Positions 54,001 through 64,000 of a stretch of 64,000 nucleotides of DNA are shown one piece after another. The notes under the pieces are model-generated. The model saw only the letters and a list, made by a program, of their open reading frames with translations, was not told the origin of the DNA and searched no databases. How positions within the stretch are numbered: position 1 is the first letter of the stretch; every line of letters begins with the position of its first letter. The position numbers and the translations under genes are program-made. Source of the DNA: the human T2T-CHM13v2.0 reference genome, Homo sapiens; assembly GCA_009914755.4 (NCBI GenBank), contig CP086569.2, positions 22,400,001 through 22,464,000 on the forward strand, given 5' to 3'.

Positions 54001-54549
54001 TATTACGTGAACTACTATAGATCTGTCTTGCAGGAAGACCTAGGAAGGGAGGATGAGAGTGAGAACTCCCACTAATAAGTGAGATTCTCAGAGCGGGGAA
54101 TAAGGAGGGAGACCACCTCTCTTATTGTCTCATACCTTAAAAAAAGAAAAAGGAATCAAAAACTAAAGAAAGGCAGAGATGAATTCAATTGCCAGGCAGA
54201 ACATGCACGGCACTCCAGGACTGGCAGTTAAAAATCAACCCCTCACCTAACCGCTTGTATTATCTATAGATTCCAGACACTGTATGAGGAAGCATCGTGA
54301 AACTGTTTTGTTCTCTTCTATCCTGATTACCAATAGATGCAGCCTCAGCAACATACCCCATGCTTGCTCAATCAATGATGACCCCTTCACAGGGACCCTC
54401 TTAGAGTTGTAAGCCTTTAAAAAGGGTAGAAATCTCTCTGTGGGGAACTTGGTTTTTGAGACAGCTGGCTGATGCTCCCAGCCGAATAAAGTCACTTCTT
54501 TCTTTAAGCCAGTGTCTGAAGGGTTTTGTCCATGGCTTATGCTGCTACA

Positions 54550-55291
54550 ATGGGAGTATTCCAATGTACAAGGAACATTTGGAGATTTGGATTGCCAATT
54601 GGGGCCATCCTGGCAAACCCCCATATGAGAGCTTTCATACCAGAAGCCAAATGGGAATGAGAGAGATTGATACAATATAGGATGTAACCTCCACACTTGC
54701 CTCTTCATATTCTGACTTACCTGTTCCTCATCAGCCTAGGGTTTCCTGGGTCTGGCTCAGTGTCTTCCTCACTAAACATTTCCCTCTTCATGGAAGGTGA
54801 CTCTCAAAGAATCCATTGCATGAGTGTTTCCTTCTAAACAGTGTCATGTTTTAATGACTGGGCATCTGTGATAATTTTAAAACCATAAGTTCCTGTTACA
54901 GCCACCAACAAGGAGACTCTTGCTCTCCAGCTTTTACAAGAGGGCTGCATGATTCCTGTAGGTGGAGAAGTAGGCAGCCATTTCTGGCTTTTGCCTGGTA
55001 ATCTAGACTCTGTTTCATTCCATCTCCATGTCCTTCCTCATTGTGGAAAGCGTCTTTCACTGGGCTTTTGCTGAGTTGGGCTGCCTCTCACCACAGATTT
55101 ATTGGCCTCCAGGGATTTCAGGAAGGACAAGGGACTTTGGGTAGGCTGGCTGCAACCCAGGTTGTGGGTATTGGTCTCCTTATGGGGGCTGAGGTTGTTT
55201 GCACTTTGCAGGAGGCTTTTGGGTTCTCTGACAGAAATCATTGAACATTGCTAGGACTCCAGAACAAGGCAGCTTGTTTCACTCCTTTCTC
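54550..55291 (+). repeat. Macro-repeat unit 4, middle segment (between the two proviruses)
   Basis: It continues the unit sequence exactly where the class I ERV interrupted it (gagtattccaatgtacaaggaacatttgg...). Confidence 0.8.
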
Positions 55292-55561
55292 TGTGGGAAA
55301 GAGAGTTGCTGGGATGCCAGATGAGTTCTTCTCCCCTGTGTGAGACACCCATGGGAGCCATGGGTGGCCTCTGAGGAGAAAAGTCTCCTTATTGCCTTCA
55401 TGTCTTTATGCTCAAGAGCATAACAGCTCAGCGGCATGCTACAGGTTGCTCAGGGAAATAACACTCCCTTGAAGCAGTGGTGTATAATCAAACATCTTGT
55501 CTTCTACTGAAACTCACTCCCACCCATTTCAGTCCTGATAAGTCATTTGTATTATTTCTGT

Positions 55562-55848
<287 letters not shown>

Positions 55849-56346
55849 AATCTTACATAGTTTAGACACATGCCTTTGCAAGAGGAAATTCACAGAAACC
55901 ACCACTGCTATACATCTTATTGAATGACTCACGAGTTCTGCTTCACTGATTAATCATTTTCCTCATCCCTTCCTACCTCTCCCATCTGACCTAAGAACAA
56001 AGAGCTTGTAAACCAATAAATTGGGTGGAGGTTGAGAGCTCGGGTCCGTGAGCAAGCCTCCAATTCTCTGGTCCCCTGGACCTGCTTTTTAAACTCTCAA
56101 TCTTCCTCTTTCTAATTCCATTGTCTCTGCTGGACACAGGGTACCTGCCCAGTGGTGTGGGGCTTGTTTCCTCAACATCTGGTGCCCAACACAGTGCTCC
56201 CTATATCTCTACAAATCATCCAGTGAGGGAACACCAGAGCGTAGAAAGTGCAGGATGACTGACAAAGGATGTCCGAGTACCTTTTCCCTTCACGCTCTAC
56301 AGGTAAGTGGGGCACTCAGAGAATTCCAGGGCAACCTCAGGAAAAT

Positions 56347-57850
56347 ATGGGTCAGGCTGGAAACAAGTTTGTTAATTACTTAAGCCTGGTGCAGCAGTTA
56401 TTGAGCCATAGAGGAGTAATTATGAGTACCAAAAATCTCATATCTTTTTTCCATCTCATAGAAAAGTATTCTCCTTGGTTCCTGGAATACAGAACCATGA
56501 ATGTAAAAGACTGGGACAAGATCGGACCAGACTTAAAAGGAGCACAACAAGAGGGCCACGATAGTCCCTTCTCCACTTGGTCTGTGTGGTCAGCAATTAA
56601 AACAGCACTGGAGCCCTTCCACACTGAGAAGGAGGAGGAGAAGTTTCAGGGTGACATAAAAAAGTTTAATAATCAGGAGTCTGATAATCAGCACAGTCAA
56701 CCATCACAGTCTAGTTTAAAAAAGGGGGAGAAATGGGAAGGTGTACATACTAACCTCCAAAAACTTATGAAAGAAACAGTTCCCCCTACTGCGCCTTTAG
56801 AGGAAGGTGCAGAACAGCCACCTCCACCTCAGCCTTATGAATTTTTGGAAAGGGAGACTGAGACATGGCTTGCCACTCCCATTGTTTCACGGCCTACCAT
56901 TGACTATGGTAAAGGGAAGCTTCAACAGCCCAACAGCCAATTACGGTGAGGGAATGATCCAGGCTTGTCCACCTGTTAATTATGGGAGAGAAATGCTGTG
57001 AGCCAGTCCAAATACAAATTATGGTGCAGGGGCAATTCAGGCATCCATTTGACAGGCACAAGAAATGGGGGATTTGGATGCTTGGCAGTTTCTGGTAATT
57101 ATTTCTCCAGCTGAGGAGCCCAGAGAACATGCTCGGGCCTGCTGGGAGCCATTTCCTTTTAAAATATTAAAAAGACTTTAAGCAAGCAATTGGACAATAT
57201 GGGCCAAATTTTTCTTAGGTTCATTCTTCATTATAATTTGTGGCTTATAACAGGCCCTTAATACCTATGGATTGGGAGTCATTAGCTCGATCCACCCTGT
57301 CTCCCTCTCAATTTCTCCAATTTAAAACCTGGTGGACAGATGAAGCAACAAGTCAGGCAGGGAGAAATGCTCAGGCCCAACCTCCTATTAATATCACATC
57401 TGATCAATTGCTTGGAATTGGGCAGGCATGGGGTACTGTAAATCAACAGATGGTAATGGGTGATGAGTCTGTTGATCAGCTCAGAACTATACACTGAAGA
57501 TACCAGAAAAAAAATTCATGACCCTGTTACTATTTATCCTTCTTTTAACTCAGTTTGACAGGGTCCAAGGAAGATTTATCCAGATTTTATCACCCCATTT
57601 GCAAGAAGCTGCTCAAAAGACTATTTCAAATTCTTGTGCCAGGAAAGTGATCATTCAGCTGCTTGCTTATGAAACTATGAATACAGAATGTCAGGGAGAA
57701 ATTAGATCTATTAAGGTAAAGGCAGATCTAAATGAGGAAAAAACTGTAAGTGAATATATTACAGCCTGTGATGGCATTGAGGAGCCCTTATATAAGGCCA
57801 ACCTCCTTTCTCAGGCAATGGCTGGACTAAGGGTAACAAAAAACACATGA
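56347..57850 (+). pseudogene. gag: HERV-K-like gag (MGQAGNKFVNYLSLVQQLL..., ...LSPSQFLQFKTWW..., ...LLAYETMNTECQ...ITACDGI...); it is split across 3 frames
   Basis: ORF-track proteins are 56269..56949, 57240..57497 and 57518..57850. Confidence 0.75.
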
Positions 57851-57975
57851 GTGTTCCCTGGATCTTGATATAATTGGGGACAGATAGGACATGCAAAAAG
57901 AGAGTGTACAAAGAGCCAAAAAAGGCAAAACTCAGGACCAGGCCCTGATTCAAAACAGGGCATTCCCAATTCAGG

Positions 57976-58640
57976 GTGGGTCACCCTGACCCCAAACAGA
58001 GTATTCCCAGCCCAGTCTATCCCTGCACAAATGCAGAGCAATTGTCCCCCTCCACAGATAAAAGTGGGGCAGTAAATACATGCTGTACTGAACCTGTATC
58101 CCTCCTTCCTGGGGAGACTCCCAGGAAGATCCCAACGGGAGTTTACGGCCCATTGCCAAAGGACATGGTGGGACTTATACTTGGAAGGTCCAGCTTAAAA
58201 TTAAAGGGAATTCAAGTACATACTGGGGTAGTGGGCTCTGATTGCCAGGGAGAAATTCAAATTGTTATCTCCTCCACTGTTCCCTGGAGTGCTAATCCAG
58301 GTGACAGAATAGCTCAACTGTTGTTTTTACCATATGTTAAGATAGGAGAAAGCTCAGAATAAAAGGAGGATATAGAAGCACAAATTCAGCAGGCAAGCCT
58401 GCCTATTGGGTAAATCAAGTCTCTGACAATAGTCCTATTTGTAGGTCACTATTAAAGGAAAACAATTTGAGGCTCTTGTCGACACAGGAGCAGATGTGTC
58501 AATCACAGCGTTTATCAATGGCCCAAAAACTGGCCCAAACAAAAGGCCCCAGTGGGTCTTGTTGGGATTGAGGATTTGCTTGTATCTCACCAGGAGAGAA
58601 TCAACTTCTTGTCTGGGTACCCACAAGACATCTTAAGCTG
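57976..58640 (+). pseudogene. pro: HERV-K-like dUTPase plus protease (DTGAD at 58481-58495); PR 3' end abuts the env 5' region because RT/RNase H/IN are missing
   Basis: ORF-track protein 57976..58362 reads ...GDRIAQLLFLPY. There is an ALVDTGADVSI motif. The PR tail ...WPKNWP-like sequence runs directly into an env-like signal region. Confidence 0.7.
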
Positions 58641-58649
58641 TGCCAGGAG

Positions 58650-60500
58650 CCAGAATTCAAGGAAGAGGAAAAGACCTCAGAAAGTCCCTACACCCCCAGT
58701 TCATCAGATGGCTCAGATGAACATCTCTGTTGAGCAGATGGAAACCAGTAAAACTTACCAAGCAACTCCACCGACCTGGGGGCGGATGAAGAGACTAGCT
58801 CGCACTGAAGAAGAGAACCTGCGGTCTCAGCACAAGCTGCTGACCACCAGTAATCTAATGGTAGCTACGATGGTGGTAATCCCCTTGGTGGTGAGTCTCC
58901 CTGCAGAGGGGCAGATCAAAATTACACTTACTGGACCTACATTGCATTCCCACCACTGATTAGGCCTGTTATAAGTTTAGATGCCCCAGTGGAGGTTATG
59001 TTAATGATAGTGTCTGGATGCCTGGACCAATAGATAACCAAGGTCCTACTCATCCAGAGGAGGAAGGAATGTTAATGAAAGTTTCCATTGGTTATCACTT
59101 TCCTCCCATCTGCCTGGGGCCAGCAGCAGGATGTTTAAATTATGATAAACAACGTTGGATGGTTTATGTCCCTGAACATAATGGATGAAAGGCCTCTATT
59201 CATGTAATCAGTGGAAGAACATTTCAATCTTTGGACACTATTAAATACCTTGAGCATGGCTATGTTATGACACATCATCAGATTAATAAACTTAAACCTT
59301 CTTATTGAAGTCCTGCCCCAGGCAGGCCACTAAATGAAAATCTAGAGGTGCTAACCTGGGAAGATTGTATTGCAAACAGCGCTGCAGTATTGCAAAATAA
59401 TTCCATTGGAATCATCACTGATTGGGTCTCTAGAGGTCACTTTGCCATAAATTGTACCGGACACAGCAAAGATTTTGGAGAGACTCCTTTGCAAAAGACT
59501 TCCCAGATAACGCACTAAAATTATATAGAAGAATTGAAACAAACTGCCCTATTAAGTGGGAGGAGAATGGTATGGCTCCTCCAAGGCCAAAAATGATTGA
59601 TCCAATTACAAGACCAGAACATCCAGAATTGTGGAAATTAATGATGGCTCAAACCCCAGTTGGGATTTGGAAAGGAGAATATAAAACAGAGACTCATAGT
59701 GAAAATCTTTGATTTGTTGTAGCCATGATCTCTAATCAGACAGTCCCATTGCAGAGTTGTGTTAAACCTCCTTTTATGTTAGCAGCAGGAAAAGTTAATA
59801 TCCTACTTGACTCTCAAACCATATCATGCCTCAGCTGTCATATTTTTACCTGCATTAATTCTACCTTTAATAAAGATAACAGCACTTTACTGGTTAGGGC
59901 CTGAGAAGGAGTTTGGATACCTGTTTCCCTCAATAGACCTTGGGACGCCTCTTCCTCCATATATATTATCACTGCAGTACTAAAAGAAATACTTAATAGA
60001 TCAAAGAGATTCATATTTACCTTAATAGCTGTCATCACGGGCCTCATAGCGGTCACAGCTATAGCTGCTGCTGCTGTTGTAGCTTTGGATTCTTCTATTC
60101 AAACTGTGAGCTCTGTGGATAGTTGACAGAAAAATTTTTCCAAGCTTTGGAATTCCCAAAGCCAAATAGATCAAAAATTGGCAAATCAAATTAATGATCT
60201 TCATCAAACAGTAATTTGAATGGGTGGTCAGATTATGAGCTTGGAGCAGAGAATTTAAATGCAAAGTGATTGGAATACTTCTGATTTTTGTTTCCTCCTA
60301 GCTCTTATAATACCACTGAACACCACTGGGAGTTGATTAGACATCGCCTACCAGGAGAAGATAATTTAACATTAGATCCTGCTAAACGGAAAAAACAACT
60401 TTTTGCAGCATCTCAGGCTCATCCCAGCTTGTTGCCTGGAGCTGATATTCTTGCTGGAGCCACTGATGGCCTTTTTAACAATAATCCTTTAAAGTGAATT
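58650..60500 (+). pseudogene. env: HERV-K-like env, with SU segments ([33 protein letters not shown]) and TM (FIFTLIAVI...KLANQINDL...EHHWELIRHRLPGEDNLTLD); contains stops
   Basis: ORF-track proteins are 58552..58959, 59452..59712 and 60288..60497. The + frame translations carry stops. Confidence 0.7.
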
Positions 60501-60552
60501 AAAACCATAGGTGGATCATCAACTGCAAATATTATTTTGGTTTGTGTCTGTT

Positions 60553-60556
60553 TCTG

Positions 60557-60589
<33 letters not shown>

Positions 60590-60591
60590 TC
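60553..60591 (+). repeat. (T)~39 homopolymer between the env end and the 3' PPT/LTR of the HERV-K-like element
   Basis: Seen directly. Confidence 0.9.
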
Positions 60592-61283
60592 TACAGTTGC
60601 GGACAGCACCTTGGGAGAGAAGACAGACACCGTGAATGAGCTATGATAGCAATGGTGGTTATTAATTTAAAAAAAATGGGGACAAAAAAGTGGGACATAT
60701 GGAAAAGAGAGTTTCTGGGATGCCAGATGAGTTGGTCTGCCCTGTGTGAGACTCCCATGGGGAGCCATGGATGGCGTCTGAGGAGAAAAGTCTCCTTACT
60801 GCCTTCATGCCCTTATGCCTGGAGAGCATAACAGCTCAGCGGCATGCCGCAGCTTGCTCAGGGAAATAACACTCCCTTGAAGCAGTGGAGTCTAATCAAA
60901 TGTCTTGGCTTCTCCTGAAACCTAGTCCCACCCATTTCAGTCCCGATAAGTTAAATACATTAAGTAGTTTAGACACACACCTTTGCCCAAGGAAATTCAC
61001 AGAAACCGCCACTGCTATACATCCTATTGAATGACTCACGAGTTCTCCTTCACTGATTAATCCTTCCCCTCATCCCTTTCTACTCCTCCTATCTGCCCTA
61101 TGAACAAAAAGCTTGAAAACCAATAAATTGGGTGGTGGCTGAGAGCTCCAGGCCATGAACAAGACTCCAATTCTCTGGTCCCCTGGACCTGCCTTTTAAA
61201 CTCTCATTCTGTCTTTTTCTAATTCCTTTGTCTTCGCTGGACTCGGGGCACCTGCTGGGCAGTGTGGGGCTGGTTTCCCAACA

Positions 61284-64000
61284 ATTCTGTCAAGTGATTT
61301 TTTTCTCTCTGGGTATAAGGAATTGCCACAGACAGCCTCTGAGACACTGTCTCAACCTCATCGGCACCCATGAGAGGCCAGTTCAAAGTGTGAGAACATG
61401 TCTCCAACGTGGACTTGCCTTTCTTGTGGTTCTTGCTTATCTGAGAGAGCCCCTGTGAGGCCCAGGATGAAGGGAGGCAGTGAGATTAACGGCCTGGCCA
61501 TCTTTTGCTGACAGCTGCCTCTGGGGTCTTAGATATGATTCTATCATCCAAAGAACACTGAACAACACAACAGACTATATCCTGATCCCCGTGGGATCTG
61601 ATCCTTGCACACACATTCTCTTTCAGGAATAGAGTCAGAAGAGCTGTTTCCAGCCACTACCTAACAGTATTGAAATGTGTACTCCTCCAGCGGGACGAGA
61701 CCATGGAGGCTGCCCATGGGTCCCTAAGGTCGAGATGTTTAGGGTCTCACAGTGGGTTTTCACAGGTAGCCATTTTCCCGATATGAGGCCAGCTTTGCCT
61801 GTGCATTTTCTTCTGCCTAGGCAGGCTGACATCTCTGACAGCTGGGTGCTTGAACCTGCCCCAAGAATGTGCATGTGCTAGTTTCAGGGCACCAGGCCTG
61901 ATGGTGAGTTCTGGCTAGCCTTATAATGTCACTGTTGCCTAGCAACAAGTTCCTGCGGCTTGGCAGAGAAAGAGACCTGCTCGGAGGTGCATTGGCGGTG
62001 GACTCTCCCCTGTCTTTTCTGTGGGATCCACAGGATAGTCCCATGATCCTATGAGAAGGCAGATGTGAGCCAGCCTTGAAGAAATATCAACCATGATCAG
62101 AGGGCTTATGGGAGTCAGCCTGAAGAAACATCAACCACAGCCCCACAAATAAACTGCAAAATCTCTAAGGATCCAAAAGGATCTGCAGAATTCCTCAGGC
62201 CACCCTAGAGGTTGTATGGGTTTTGAAACTTACGCCAATGTGATTTCTAGGTACAGCCTGCCTGTGTTCCCTGGGGTTGCTGTCTCTCAGGTGGGGCCTC
62301 CTGCAGAACCATGCAACCTCGGGATCTGCCATGCTGTGTGTTTCCGTGGGTGTGTTGCGAGTGTTTGACGTCGAGTGTGTGTGGCATTTTGTGTGTGTGT
62401 GTGTGCCTGTAAGTGGGGTCTGCTTAAAGGAATAGGGCTAACACACTTCAGTGCTTCTTGTTTTTAGCCTCACTAACTTTTGGTGGCCTGTGTGTGTGGC
62501 TATGCTTGGGCTGCATGGTTCCGTGTTATTTTTCTGTAGATCCTGAATCCCCAGTGAATTTGGAGGTGGGCCAAGACCTGCTAGCATCCAAAATCAACTC
62601 CCCCTGCAGAAAAAAACCACTCTTCTAGAAGACGAGCACACCACACCAAAAACCAGGTATCTCTCAGTGTTTCCTTCATCTTGAGGACAACGCAGGGAGA
62701 GACACTAGCAGATCTGTCTGCAAGGCCACTTGGATTAACCTCGAATTTGGTTCCCAGCTGCGCACATGCTTCACATCATGAGGGATGCACTTCTCCATCT
62801 TCTTGGGATTTTATCCTGGAACATAGAGTCTGAGCAGCAATAAGGTCACATGGGGTGAGGATACAATCTGCTGAATGGAGAATGGGTTCCAGCAACTTCA
62901 CCTGCAAATAAATAAATAAATAAATAAAGACAGATGACACAAAAGGTGCTTCTAACTCCATCCCAACATTCCCTTAATTTCAAAAGCAGTCCACACTATG
63001 GCCCAGAATTCAGGTGGGAGTATTTCAACGTGCAAAGAATATTTGGAGTGCAAATTGGGGCCATTCTGGCAAACTCCCAATGTGAGAACTTTCATACCCA
63101 GAGCCAAATGGGAGTGGAATGGATTGGTGCTGGGTAGGATGTGGCCTCTACACTTGCCTCTTCTTTTTCTGACTTCCATGTTTCTCTCCAGCCTAGGGTT
63201 TCCTGTGTCTGGCTCAATGACTTCCGCACTAAATGTTTCTCAGTTCATGAGAATGACCCTCATGGGAATCCATAGCATGAACGTTTTCTTCTAAAAATTC
63301 TCAATTTTTATTGACTGGGCAGCTCTGGTACTTTAACAACCATTAATTCCTGTTACAGCAGCAAACAAGGAAACACCTATTCTCCCACTTCTGTCGGAAT
63401 GCTGCAAGATTCCTGTAGGATGAGAAGCTTGCAGCTGTGTCTGGCTTTTGCCTGGTAAACTAGCCTCTGTTTCATTTCATCTGCATAGCCTTCTCATAGT
63501 GGAGGGGCTCTTGCATTGCTCTGTTGCTGGATAGGAATGCCTCTTCCCACCAATTATTTAGCTGCCAGAGATATCAGAGAGCAGAAGGGACTTTGGGTCA
63601 CATGGCTGCACTCCAGATTGTGGATTGTTGTATGTTGTGGGAGCTGAAGTTGTTTGCACTTTGCAGGAGTCTTTGGGGTCCTCAGACAGGAATCATTGAA
63701 CATTGCTTGGACTCTGGCAAAAGGCATCTCGTTGTTTCAGGTGAGCTTTGATTTTTCTTTGCTTTCATGGAGAATTCACAGTGCTCCTCAACAGCACTAC
63801 TGGACACCATTTTTAGGCTTGCCGTCACCACAGACAGCCTCTGAGATGGTGTCACATCCTCATATGCACCCATGAGGGGCAAGTTCGAGGTATGAGAACA
63901 GTGTTGATCTTATACTTGCCTTGTCTTGCTTCCTGCCTTTCCCAGAGAGCCTATGCAAGGCCCCAGATGAAGGGAGGCAGAGAGGTCAAGAGCCTGGTCA
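61284..64000 (+). repeat. Macro-repeat unit 4 tail plus unit 5 (from ~62745); the array runs off the window
   Basis: After the HERV-K 3' LTR it resumes the unit at ...gccacagacagcctctgagacactgtctcaacctcatc.... The lengths of the pieces of unit 4 are 251, 742 and 1461 bp, totalling about 2454 bp. Confidence 0.8.

Larger units (their letters stand above)
46502..54549 (+). mobile_element. Class I (gammaretrovirus-like) endogenous retrovirus provirus, LTR-gag-pro-pol-env-LTR, all ORFs decayed
   Basis: The LTRs are homologous at 46502-46946 and ~54105-54549 (tgcttgctcaat.gatcatgac...aataaag..cttc..ctttaa). A purine tract, ggggaataaggaggga, precedes the 3' LTR. Flanking 4-bp repeats are gtgg and atgg. 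Confidence 0.85.

Noticed and set aside
60553-60591. (T)39 run read as a poly(A) tail of an antisense retroposon inside the HERV-K-like element
   Set aside because: No recognisable Alu or L1 body or target-site duplication adjoins it. It is left as an unexplained homopolymer.

Overview
This window is human genomic DNA, not prokaryotic. It matches the ampliconic RBMY1 region of the Y chromosome (Yq11, AZFb/c). I found no bacterial-type defence or other novel 'system' and do not claim one. The window has three parts.

1. RBMY1 tandem locus (1 to ~28.6 kb).
- 1–760 holds the 3' end of one RBMY1 copy: the penultimate coding exon (truncated by the window edge) and the terminal coding exon.
- 23,540 bp downstream lies a complete second copy. 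It has a TATA-less, CpG-rich promoter near 10.1 kb and 11 coding exons from 12143 to 24300.
- Those exons splice into an intact 496-codon ORF that matches, from memory, the RBMY1A1-type protein: an RRM, then four SRGY boxes, then a C-terminal tail ending GDSSRY.
- The SRGY exons sit in a ~545-bp genomic tandem repeat (20780–23460). This repeat also contains a fifth, dead SRGY unit.
- The 3' flank of the gene is duplicated (1–5030 versus 23541–28577), with a sharp drop in identity at ~3530.

2. Degenerate repeat edge and fill (28.6–39.1 kb).
- 30335–33350 is an ~85% identical paralogue of the GC-rich block upstream of the RBMY1 promoter (6405–9800). It is capped by an L1 3' fragment and is not followed by any gene.
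- This is followed by AT-rich unique sequence containing microsatellites.

3. Macro-repeat array with two proviruses (39.1–64.0 kb).
- An unclassified, head-to-tail macro-repeat of ~2.45 kb runs for at least 5 units, with roughly 80% identity between units.
- Two proviruses are inserted in the same unit. One is a gammaretrovirus-like class I ERV (46502–54549) with all genes decayed. The other is a HERV-K-like class II provirus (55292–61283) that has lost pol and carries an Alu in its 5' LTR.

The whole window carries many Alu elements. All protein and family identifications rest on reading the translations against remembered family hallmarks, not on database searches.
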